This document shows positions 1-8,785 of a stretch of 39,557 nucleotides of DNA, piece by piece (position 1 is the stretch's first letter; every line of letters begins with the position of its first letter). The DNA is taken from the NCBI GenBank assembly GCA_050298055.1, contig JBNKTL010000048.1, positions 1 through 39,557 of the forward strand, read 5' to 3'. Position numbers and translations under genes: made by a program. The stretch is from Spirochaetota bacterium. Lineage in GTDB: Bacteria; Spirochaetota; UBA4802; UBA5550. The notes below the pieces were generated by a model. It searched no databases, was not told the origin of the DNA, and saw only the letters and a list, made by a program, of their open reading frames with translations.

Positions 1-744
1 GGGGTCCCAGGAAACGGTGACCTTATTGCTGTATGTTCCCTCGGTAGCCAGGAGATTCAGGGGAGCATCAGGGGGCAGGCACCGGGCATATCCCTCCGCG
101 GGATCGCTGGATTCGCCGGTACCGTCGATATTGACCCCGGCCACCCTGTAGAAATACGCTGTATTTTCCGAAACGGATTCATCGGTGTAGCTTGTTTCCG
201 TATAATTGTCCACTCTCTCACTGTATTCCCCTGCGGGTGACGTACTCCTGTAGATTGTGTAATGTGTGATATTATCTGCCGGTTCCCATGTGAGAACAAC
301 TTTTACCGGCCGGTCATTGGATGCCGTCAACCCGGTAATTTTCGCCGGAAGCTTCGGATTGGTATACCCCAGGTCCGCTTCACTCTCCCCGCTTTCTCCT
401 CCTTCATTAACAGCCACAACTTTATAGTAGTAATAACGGGACATGCTTATTGTTCTATCGTCATAGCTCTTTCCCGTAACGTCATCCTCTATGACCCTGA
501 AATCATCTTCAGTGTCTATGGACTTTAATATCTTATATGTTACCGCGCCTTCGGATTCCGTCCAGGTAATTGCAACCTTGTCCCGGTAATCACCATCGGT
601 GGCGGAAATACCTGTCGGAACGGCAGGAGGTGCCGGGGCTGAATGTGAAGTTTCAGATCCCTTATCTGAACATCCGGAAAGAACAAGCAGGATAAATAAA
701 ACCGGAAAAAGAACCCGCTTTACAATAATTTCTTTGAATATCAT
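1..744 (-). CDS. Fibronectin type III repeat lipoprotein (runs off the window start; missing from the ORF track)
   Basis: My translation reads MIFKEIIVKRVLFPVLFILLVLSGC (lipobox LSGC), then FN3-like units PAVPTGISATDG..KVAITW..YYYYKVVAVN, PAKITGLTAS..KVVLTW..YFYRVAGVN and PDAPLNLLATEG..KVTVSWD. RBS GGAGGAG at 757-751. An alternative in-frame ATG lies at 750. Confidence 0.85.
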   Translation of the reverse strand, partial: MIFKEIIVKRVLFPVLFILLVLSGCSDKGSETSHSAPAPPAVPTGISATDGDYRDKVAITWTESEGAVTYKILKSIDTEDDFRVIEDDVTGKSYDDRTISMSRYYYYKVVAVNEGGESGESEADLGYTNPKLPAKITGLTASNDRPVKVVLTWEPADNITHYTIYRSTSPAGEYSERVDNYTETSYTDESVSENTAYFYRVAGVNIDGTGESSDPAEGYARCLPPDAPLNLLATEGTYSNKVTVSWDP

Positions 745-768
745 CCTCATCTCCTCCTGGACCGCCGA

Positions 769-2310
769 CTATTTAAGATGCATTTTCATACGTTTTTTCC
801 CGTCCTCTTCAGCCGGGGACTTACTCTCATTACCCGGGAACCTGCAGGTAATTCCAAAGGCAACGGCAAACCTGTCTTCATGAAAATCTTTTTCAATGGC
901 ATGCCATGTGGGAGCCGTCACATTGGTATATTCAACGGAACGAACACTTGCCGATTGAAAGATCATAAAGAACATACCAAAGGACACATTGATATTTTTA
1001 TCCACCTCAATCCCAAAACCGCCGCCGATTGAATGACTTGATAAAAGCTGGTCCGCCTCATCCCGCTTATCCGGCTTGATCCCGAAATTATTGTACAGGT
1101 ATCCCAGGCTTGCTTTCATATTTGAAATAAACGCCCATTCCACACACGCCCCGGCCTTATATCCGAAACCGTAATCATCCTCCCTCCCGTCAAGGTCCCT
1201 GTATTGTCTCAATGTCAGTTCCCCGGAGGTTTCGGCTTTCAGGTTTTTTAAAATGTAATAGGAAACACCCAGGTGAAACGACTGGGGATAGGTAACCCTG
1301 AGGCTGTCACTCCCGTTGCCATGGGTATACGTTATTTCATCACCGGGAGTGCCGTCCTTAAAAACATCAAGCTGGCCGCTTGATTCAAGGACTTCGGGAG
1401 CCTTGAAGCTGTTTGTTGTTTTCTTTAATATCATGGGAAAATAGTATTCATATCTCAGGCTGACATCCAGTCCTTTTAACAGGGCAAGCTTATAACCCGG
1501 TCTGAAATGGGTCCCGGCAATAATGCCAAATCCATGGCCTTCGCTATCGGTATCCAGGTCCCATTCCGATTCTTCCGGCAGGAAGGTGGTGACATTGTTC
1601 ACCGTAAAGGAGATATTTGTCACTGTGACCTTCATGTTGCCCCGCGCATTGATATAACGAAAACCGAGAGCGGCGGAGAACCAGTTGAAAATTCTGTAGC
1701 TTCCGCCAAGGGTGGCCCCTACATACATTTCATTTCGTACGGCTTCCGCGGACCTGTCATATCCCTGCAATGTGTCGGTGACCGCCATGGCGAGAGATGT
1801 TTCCTGGGCGGCCAGGTTGCCGAAATCCATGACGGCCAGCCCGTCACCGAACGTCATATCAACCGCTGCCTGCATAACGGAAATATCGAGGTATGCCGCC
1901 CATTTATCCGCCTTCCATATTATGTCCAGGTCAGGGAGGAGAGGGGCCGTTGTCCGGGCAGAGTACTTATCCGGGAGTTTGCTTTTAAAGTCACTTCTTG
2001 TATGGAAAGTCTGAACATAGGGGTCCGTATTATACTTGATGGCATAATAGTCCATTGAATGTTCCTTGTTCACATACAATGTCTGGCTGCTGAACATCAC
2101 ATGAAGACCGTTTCCCTTTAAAAACGCAAGGCCCGCAGGATTGTAAAACGCGGCATCTGCCTCAGTTGAAGCATTCCTGTTTAAGGTCCTCACATATTCA
2201 GCACTGTGGTTGGGAAATATTCCGTCTTCCTGGTGCAGCCGGGAAGCAGAGAGGGAGACAGGCAGTGTTATTACCGCAATGAAAATTGTTATTTTTCGAT
2301 ATACAGACAT
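769..2310 (-). CDS. FadL/OmpP1/TodX-family outer-membrane transporter for hydrophobic substrates
   Basis: Signal peptide, hatch motif NHSAEYVRTLNRNASTEADAAFYNPAGLAFL, and alternating beta-strand pattern throughout. Confidence 0.85.
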   Translation of the reverse strand: MSVYRKITIFIAVITLPVSLSASRLHQEDGIFPNHSAEYVRTLNRNASTEADAAFYNPAGLAFLKGNGLHVMFSSQTLYVNKEHSMDYYAIKYNTDPYVQTFHTRSDFKSKLPDKYSARTTAPLLPDLDIIWKADKWAAYLDISVMQAAVDMTFGDGLAVMDFGNLAAQETSLAMAVTDTLQGYDRSAEAVRNEMYVGATLGGSYRIFNWFSAALGFRYINARGNMKVTVTNISFTVNNVTTFLPEESEWDLDTDSEGHGFGIIAGTHFRPGYKLALLKGLDVSLRYEYYFPMILKKTTNSFKAPEVLESSGQLDVFKDGTPGDEITYTHGNGSDSLRVTYPQSFHLGVSYYILKNLKAETSGELTLRQYRDLDGREDDYGFGYKAGACVEWAFISNMKASLGYLYNNFGIKPDKRDEADQLLSSHSIGGGFGIEVDKNINVSFGMFFMIFQSASVRSVEYTNVTAPTWHAIEKDFHEDRFAVAFGITCRFPGNESKSPAEEDGKKRMKMHLK

Positions 2311-2330
2311 GGAATTATCCTTATTTAATC

Positions 2331-4274
2331 TCAGGGTGACCAGTTCTCTTCCCAGACATAAGTGCTGTCAAATGGATAGGGAGCGTTTATCCCCGCATAC
2401 ATTATCCGTACGGCAGCTCCGCCCATATAAGAGACATCGGAATATGAATCGGAAGCAATGACTTTCTCCTGGTTTTCAACTCTCAAATGCAGGTCAATTG
2501 CCGCGACCATGTCACCCCGGGGAGTCATAACCCGTATGACCTCCCGCTGATACCCCTCCTGGCCGATGAGGCTGATAAGGGCAATCATTTGGTCATTTAT
2601 CACGATCCCGTCATCATTATAATCAACGCCATACTTGCCGTCATTATAGTTTGAATAGGTCATGACACTCTGGAAATCCCTTGTTACATCATATTCCTCA
2701 TCATAATAACTGCCCTTCGTTATGATCCAGTGCAAACTCCCCGTGACTTCTCCCGGTATTGTATTTTCATTAGACCCCCCAAAGATTGGAGCGGCAGGTT
2801 TTCCCGGAGCCCATTTGTTGTCATATCCGCTGCTCATCGGCGGACTGTATATCCCCCAGTAAAATTCATAAAGATTGAGAAGTTTTATATAGAGAGTATA
2901 GGTTTTTGTTGTGGTCCCGTCTTCAGCTGTTACGGTAATATCTATTTTTTTGACCGCTCCCTCCTCAAGGGAAATATCCTGTGTAAAGGACCCGTTGACC
3001 AGTATACCGCCGCTCACCGGGGTATCATCCGATGCCACACTGATACCGGAGATATAGGGATCATCAGCTGTTGCATTAATTGTTACCGTATCAAATGCAT
3101 AAATTACAGCTGCATATTCCGTTATACCCGGATCAAACCCCGTAATATCGGGATCATGATAATTGGGGCTGCTTCTGTTAAAATTACCGGGATAAAGGGG
3201 CCGCTCTGAGTTGTTTGTACCCATGGTTAAAGTCAACCCGCTGATGTCCGCGTCTGAACCGGCAGCAAGCAGGATCGCGGTCAGAGTATATGTGGTTACG
3301 GAATTCCCATCACCGGATGTGACAATAACTTCAATGGTATTGGTCCCGGCATCCAGTGTCACCGAAGAAAGATCAGCAACTGCGGAACCGTTACATGTTG
3401 CCGTTACCACGGCATTACCGGATTCCGTAATTGTTAAAATTGAGACAGGGTTCAGTGAACCCGGAACGGTTGCGCTGTAGCTCAGTGTCTCCGCGCTGAA
3501 TTGCTGGTCCAGGTCAACGCTGTCTATTGCCAGAGATGCAAGGCGGGAATTTGTCGCGTCGCTTGTCTGCCTGACAATATTGATCCGGTAAGTCTCTGTT
3601 GTTTCATCATCAGGAGCAGTAACTGTTATGATTAAGATATTGCTTCCGATATTTAACGGCACACCTGCCAGGTCAACTTCCGTATTATTGCATGTGGCAC
3701 TGACAACAGCCCCTTCAGCGGCAGCTTCCGCAACAGCAGTTACTGCGGCAGACGCATCGGTTACCATAGCAGAAAAAATCCTGTTATCGCCTGAGGGGTC
3801 AAAAACAGGTGTTAAACCTCCTCCTGCAAAGGAAAGTTCCGATAATTGCGCATTGGAATAATTTTCCGAATGCCGTGTAACAATAAGAGTATATAAATTT
3901 GTTGTATTATCCTGGGCTGTTACAAGAATTTCTATTAAGTTGTCCCCTGTTTCAAGATCAATAGGAGGCGAAGACATACCGCTTGCAAGTGATACACCAT
4001 TCAATGTCATTGCGGCCCTTACATGGTCAAGTACCGGTGTAAGAGAAATATTCGTTGTCTCATTCTGAACCGATGCTTTAATGATCCAGTCATTGCTGTT
4101 AAAGGGGTACTGGTATTTTCCTGCTGAAAGTTCAAGACTCTTCAGGAGAGCATTGGAACTCAGGCCGTCATCATAAGAAATTCTTTCCCCTGAATCTCCT
4201 CCGCCACAGGTTTGCAAAATAAAAGCCAGCATGAAGAGAAAAAACAGTTTCGATATATGTTTAAAATGAACCAT
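2331..4274 (-). CDS. Surface lipoprotein with four cadherin-like beta-sandwich repeats and a unique C-terminal domain
   Basis: Lipobox-like LQTC. Repeats begin SNALLKSL, SNAQLSEL, NSRLASL and SDADISGL, and end in ..VTA(Q/P/E)D..T..Y.L or a close variant. ATG 4274 has AGGAGG at 4290-4285. Confidence 0.85.
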   Translation of the reverse strand: MVHFKHISKLFFLFMLAFILQTCGGGDSGERISYDDGLSSNALLKSLELSAGKYQYPFNSNDWIIKASVQNETTNISLTPVLDHVRAAMTLNGVSLASGMSSPPIDLETGDNLIEILVTAQDNTTNLYTLIVTRHSENYSNAQLSELSFAGGGLTPVFDPSGDNRIFSAMVTDASAAVTAVAEAAAEGAVVSATCNNTEVDLAGVPLNIGSNILIITVTAPDDETTETYRINIVRQTSDATNSRLASLAIDSVDLDQQFSAETLSYSATVPGSLNPVSILTITESGNAVVTATCNGSAVADLSSVTLDAGTNTIEVIVTSGDGNSVTTYTLTAILLAAGSDADISGLTLTMGTNNSERPLYPGNFNRSSPNYHDPDITGFDPGITEYAAVIYAFDTVTINATADDPYISGISVASDDTPVSGGILVNGSFTQDISLEEGAVKKIDITVTAEDGTTTKTYTLYIKLLNLYEFYWGIYSPPMSSGYDNKWAPGKPAAPIFGGSNENTIPGEVTGSLHWIITKGSYYDEEYDVTRDFQSVMTYSNYNDGKYGVDYNDDGIVINDQMIALISLIGQEGYQREVIRVMTPRGDMVAAIDLHLRVENQEKVIASDSYSDVSYMGGAAVRIMYAGINAPYPFDSTYVWEENWSP

Positions 4275-4473
4275 ATCCAGATTTCCTCCTTTTAATCTTT
4301 TAAAACCCACATATGTTCATATCTCTTTTTCCTGAACACTCTGAGAATTTCAGATTTCCACTCTTTATTTTTTGTGGATCTATACCTGGAATGTCGTTTT
4401 ATTCTTTAATTGAGTTATTTTACATAATTACAAGAGACTTTATATTACTCAGCTATATAATGAAAAATATGTT

Positions 4474-4510
4474 ATCTGTTCCCCGCCCCCGACCGCGGCG
4501 GGGAACAGAT
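4474..4510. other. Perfect 14-bp GC-rich stem-loop in AT-rich intergenic DNA
   Basis: ATCTGTTCCCCGCC (4474-4487), 9-nt loop, GGCGGGGAACAGAT (4497-4510). Confidence 0.7.
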
Positions 4511-4723
4511 CAGTTATATTTTATGTTAACATGCCAATTTTTATACATAGCTAAGTAGTTACGAGAATTTTTCAGTATATTATAATGTAATATGCAATAC
4601 TACAATATAGTATGATAAAAAATCAATAAATTAATTTTTTCATTTCGACTTTTTTTATCTGTTTAAATAAAAGGCTAAAATATGCATATTAAATATCCCT
4701 GAAGTTTTTTATGAATACAATTA

Positions 4724-4739
4724 TTCGGCTCATTCCGAA
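4724..4739. promoter_or_regulatory. Candidate IclR-family operator
   Basis: Palindrome TTCGG-N6-CCGAA between the IclR gene and the divergent operon. It resembles TTCG..CGAA boxes of PcaR/PobR-type IclR proteins. Confidence 0.35.
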
Positions 4740-4930
4740 ATGTTGGGTTTTTGCTTCTTTATCCATCTTCATCCTGTAAATCCTGCCTAAAAGTCTTTTC
4801 TCAAGATTCCAGGAAAAGTCAATTACTCATATAGCTGAGCTGTGACAAAATAATAATATTTTGTTGACATTAATTTATACTTATAAATTAAAATATTTAT
4901 ATTCTAATCCTTTAATTTTTCCATACAGAG

Positions 4931-5710
4931 GTGGCAGTGAAATCAAATCGACGGGTCCTCCAATCCCTGCAGCGCGCATCGGATATTCTCGACATCTTCA
5001 CCAGGGAAAAACGAATGCTGGGCCTTGCCGATATCGCAAAAATCATATCTCTCCCAAAAAGTACGGTGCAGGGCCTCGTCTATTCACTGGAAAACCTGGA
5101 ATTTCTCGAACAGGATCTGGATACCTTCAAATACCGTCTTGGTCCAAAACTCTTTAACCTCGGAATGAAGTATCTCACCAATAACGAGATATTTACAACC
5201 ACACAGGTATGGATGGAACGGCTCAGCTACAAGTACCGGGGAACAGTCAATGTGGGAATACTCATCGACGGCAAGGCCGTTATTGTCATGCACATTGACC
5301 CGGAAACTCCGTTTACGAATAACCCCAAGGTGGGGAATGAAATCCCCCTTCATTCTTCGGCTATCGGCAAAACACTGCTGGCCACCCTGGATGAACGGCA
5401 ACAGCGGGAGCTTTTGAAAAATTATCAGTTTACTTCTTATACCGAAAATACTATCGGAAATATTGATGTCTTTATTGATGAACTGAAAAAAGTCAAGAGA
5501 GAGGGCCTCGGTTTCGACAATGAAGAATCGACCAGGGGCCTTTCCTGTATCGGCGCTGGCCTGTATAATAAGAAGGGGCATATTGTTGCGGCCTTTTCCG
5601 TAAGCGGCAGCACGGAACATATCAGGAAAGAAAAGGGTGATATCATCGACTCTATACGGTCAACCTCCCGGGAGCTTTCAAAAAAGATAGGTTTTGTGGG
5701 ATTTCTTTGA
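4931..5710 (+). CDS. IclR-family transcriptional regulator
   Basis: N-terminal wHTH (QSLQRASDIL..LPKSTVQGLVYSL..KYRLGPKL) and effector domain (PLHSSAIGK..DNEES..GLSCIGA). Confidence 0.95.
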   Translation: MAVKSNRRVLQSLQRASDILDIFTREKRMLGLADIAKIISLPKSTVQGLVYSLENLEFLEQDLDTFKYRLGPKLFNLGMKYLTNNEIFTTTQVWMERLSYKYRGTVNVGILIDGKAVIVMHIDPETPFTNNPKVGNEIPLHSSAIGKTLLATLDERQQRELLKNYQFTSYTENTIGNIDVFIDELKKVKREGLGFDNEESTRGLSCIGAGLYNKKGHIVAAFSVSGSTEHIRKEKGDIIDSIRSTSRELSKKIGFVGFL

Positions 5711-5901
5711 TTAATTCCCCGCTCTTTAGCCTTCCCCCGCAACCGGCAATAAAATTTTTGATTCAGTAAGATTTTTATTACATTTATTATTATAAATCTT
5801 TGTATATTATAACGAGACCTCTCTTTAATGACTGTTCTGACGTTCTCCTGCGGTACGTTACAGGGAACAGAATTTTTTTGAGGCATCTGCAAGGAGGATC
5901 T

Positions 5902-6535
5902 ATGGATATTACATTTCATGGGGTCAGAGGTTCATACCCTGTTCCGGGGAAAGAGACAAATAACTACGGGGGAAACACCTCCTCCCACATTTCCCATTGA
6001 ATATAAAGACCTTAAATCCAAACGAAAACATTATGAATTAAAAGACGGGCAGACTTTTTATATTGATAATGACAATAAAATAAACAAAAAATATAACAAT
6101 TCCGTCTTCAGGGTGGATGTTCTTCAATCATTTGCTCCCAGCCATCCGCAGCAGGGCGCCCTCTATTATAAAGTCTCCGAGCTGGGTGACGCGGAGGACA
6201 ATGTTCTCTCGTCTGTTGCGTGCATCTGGGACATTGAATCCCATCCGGACGGAGACCAGAGGGTCATTAAATTCGCAAAAAACTGCGATTTGATGATCCA
6301 TGACGCGCAGTATTCTTCGGAAGAATATAATTCGGACAACATCATTGTTCAGGGATTTGGTCACAGTACTCACGAAATGGCAATTGAGAACTGCCAGAAA
6401 GCAGGCTGCAAGCGATTAGTCTTTTTCCATTACAATCCCGCCCATTCGGATGAGATGCTGGAGAGTATCAAAAATAAATTTTGTTCCGGGGACAATATGA
6501 TCATGTCCTATGAAGGACTGACGGTCCATCTCTGA
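5902..6535 (+). pseudogene. MBL-fold metallo-hydrolase (RNase Z/phosphodiesterase-like) with internal deletion and frameshift
   Basis: RBS AGGAGG at 5892 and ATG 5902 give the typical N-terminus MDITFHGVRGSYPVPG..YGGNTS. The sequence then joins out of frame at ~5980 to PTFPI..HP..HDAQY..GHST..FHYNP. The DAGTG and HxHxDH segment is absent. Confidence 0.8.
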
Positions 6536-6544
6536 GATTGTTGT

Positions 6545-8014
6545 TCAGTAAGTATTATTCTCACCTTTTGTTTTTTCGATCATCCCGGTTTTTAGCTTCT
6601 TCAGTTCATCGGAAATGCTGACCTTATATGTGTGGGGATTTAAGAGCCTCCTGCATGTTCTGTCAAGGGAATTGATCTGCTCCTCTCTGTATTTTTTTAT
6701 CTCCGAAAGTCCTGGAGCAGGTTCCACTCTTTTCCCGTTCTTCATGACCTGCCGGAGAAGGAGTTCTATAGAAGAATATTCTCTCATTGTAAACCGGGAA
6801 TATTCAGTTGAGGGATGGTTAAACCTTACCGGTTCCCGTTTTTTGACCTTTTCCTGAAGGTCTTCTTTTTCACTTTCCAGGAAGATGAGATCGGCCAGCA
6901 TGACATTCTCGTTGTTAAAAAAGCGCATGACATTTTTTATCCCGGGATCGGTGATCTTGTCGGACTGGTTCGATATCTTAATGCGGGGCTTTTCAGCTCC
7001 CTCCTCACCCATTGAAGTTATTTTATACACACCTGACAATGCCGAGGCACCGGCTCCGGAAACAAGCTTTGTCCCTACCCCCCAGGAATCTATGGGCGCG
7101 CCGCTGTCCCTGAGCTGCCTGATGATCCACTCATCCAGGTCACTGGAAGCGATGATCTTCACCTTTTCCAGGCCGTTGTCATCAAGAATGCGCCTGACCT
7201 TCTTGCTGAGGTACTCCAGGTCTCCACTGTCAAGCCTTACGGCCATGTTCACATCATCCCGGTCTTCCAGTTTTTTAAAGACCTTCATGGCGTTCCGGAT
7301 ACCGGAATTCAGGGTATCAAATGTATCTATCAAAAGAATGCAGTTGCGGGGATAGATCTCTGCGTATTTTTCAAATGATGAAAGTTCCGTCTCAAAGCTC
7401 ATGACCCATGAATGGGCCATGGTTCCGGCAACGGGAATATCATAGATCCTCCCCGCAAGGAGATTGGATGTTGCCGAGGTGCCCCCTATATATGCCGCCC
7501 GAGATGCCGAAAGGGCACCGTCAATGCCCTGGGCCCTCCTGAGGCCGAATTCCATCACGGGACCGCCTCCCGCCGCGTCAGTCACCCGGGAAGCCTTTGT
7601 GGCGATAAGCGATTGAAAGTTGATAAAATTAAGCACCAGGCTTTCAACGATCTGGGCCTCCATGATACTCCCGTGGACCCTCAGCACCGGTTCTTTGGGG
7701 AAAATAACCGTCCCTTCCTTTACACTGTAGACATCGCCCCCGAACCTGAACTTTGAGAGATAATCAAGGAATTCCTCCCTAAAGATCCCCCTGGATTCAA
7801 GATACTTCAGTTCCTCATTGCCGAACCTGAAATCTTCAAGAACATCCAGGAGAGGAGCGAGACCCGCCATAATAACATAACCTCCGTTAAATGGCTGGTA
7901 ACGGTAGAACATATCAAAAACACCCCTGCTCCTGGGCGAATGAAAAAAGTATCCCTGCATCATGGTAAGCTCATACAGGTCGGTAAGAAGAGAGAGGTTT
8001 TCCGGTTTAATCAT
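6545..8014 (-). CDS. pncB: Nicotinate phosphoribosyltransferase
   Basis: Motifs LLTDLYELTM, EFGLRRAQG, GTMAHSW, LIDTFD, VRLDSGDL, GVGTKL and GVYK. The start overlaps the pncA stop. Confidence 0.97.
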   Translation of the reverse strand: MIKPENLSLLTDLYELTMMQGYFFHSPRSRGVFDMFYRYQPFNGGYVIMAGLAPLLDVLEDFRFGNEELKYLESRGIFREEFLDYLSKFRFGGDVYSVKEGTVIFPKEPVLRVHGSIMEAQIVESLVLNFINFQSLIATKASRVTDAAGGGPVMEFGLRRAQGIDGALSASRAAYIGGTSATSNLLAGRIYDIPVAGTMAHSWVMSFETELSSFEKYAEIYPRNCILLIDTFDTLNSGIRNAMKVFKKLEDRDDVNMAVRLDSGDLEYLSKKVRRILDDNGLEKVKIIASSDLDEWIIRQLRDSGAPIDSWGVGTKLVSGAGASALSGVYKITSMGEEGAEKPRIKISNQSDKITDPGIKNVMRFFNNENVMLADLIFLESEKEDLQEKVKKREPVRFNHPSTEYSRFTMREYSSIELLLRQVMKNGKRVEPAPGLSEIKKYREEQINSLDRTCRRLLNPHTYKVSISDELKKLKTGMIEKTKGENNTY

Positions 8015-8633
8015 CGGATATTTCACGGGAATTAATGATCCGGACCCCGTGGACTTTCATCTGTTCAATAACGCTCTCCAGGCTCCCCTCGGGGACATTT
8101 ATCCCCCTGCACGCGTCCAGAACAACATGTGTTTTAAAACCCGATCTCACGGCATCCATGGCCGAATAGTAAACGCAGTAATCTGTGGCGAGACCGCACA
8201 GGAAGACATCCTCTATTTCAAGAGCATTGAGATAGCCGCTGAGACCGGTCTTCGTGACCCTGTCGTTCTCAAAAAACGCCGAGTATGAATCGAGGCCCGG
8301 GTTTGTGCCCTTCCTGATAATTATGTTTGCCCTGTCCGTATGGAGGTCGGGATGGAGCATGGAGCCCTCACTTCCCGCGACACAGTGATCGGGCCAGAGC
8401 ACCTGGTTTATCCCGTTGATTTCAAGCTGATCATAGACATTCATCCCCTCATGATTTGACGCAAAGGAGACATGGTTTGACGGGTGCCAGTCCTGGGTCA
8501 CGGCAACCGTAGCGAACTTCCGGGAAAGCGTGTTAACCAGCGGGATAATTTCATCTGCCCTGTTCACCGGCAACGCGCCGCCGGGGCAAAAATCGTTCTG
8601 GATGTCCACAATGATCAGCGCCCTTAGATTCAT
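8007..8633 (-). CDS. pncA: Nicotinamidase/pyrazinamidase
   Basis: Motifs IVDIQNDFCPGGAL, QDWHP..H, LWPDHCV, RKG..DSYSAF and GLATDYCV. Confidence 0.97.
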   Translation of the reverse strand: MNLRALIIVDIQNDFCPGGALPVNRADEIIPLVNTLSRKFATVAVTQDWHPSNHVSFASNHEGMNVYDQLEINGINQVLWPDHCVAGSEGSMLHPDLHTDRANIIIRKGTNPGLDSYSAFFENDRVTKTGLSGYLNALEIEDVFLCGLATDYCVYYSAMDAVRSGFKTHVVLDACRGINVPEGSLESVIEQMKVHGVRIINSREISDD

Positions 8634-8653
8634 GACTATCACTCCGCACAACT

Positions 8654-8671
8654 ATAGTGAGCATACACTAT
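8654..8671. promoter_or_regulatory. Candidate operator upstream of pncAB
   Basis: ATAGTG-N6-CACTAT palindrome about 20 bp upstream of the pncA start. Confidence 0.4.
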
Positions 8672-8785
8672 CATATCAACCGGAATAGATCAAGAAACAA
8701 ATTTTATTATTTATTCGTTAGATCAACCATCAGTAAATTCACAAAACAATGAAGAGGTTGAGCCGCCGGATCCGGTGTATGTTAA

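Noticed and set aside
4478..4506. GTTCCCCGC..GCGGGGA resembles a type I-E CRISPR repeat
   Set aside because: Single copy, longer loop, no spacers and no cas genes. It is better explained as a plain hairpin.
5918..6535. 205-aa ORF as an intact gene
   Set aside because: Its first ~20 codons are the wrong frame of the true N-terminus. The RBS belongs to ATG 5902.
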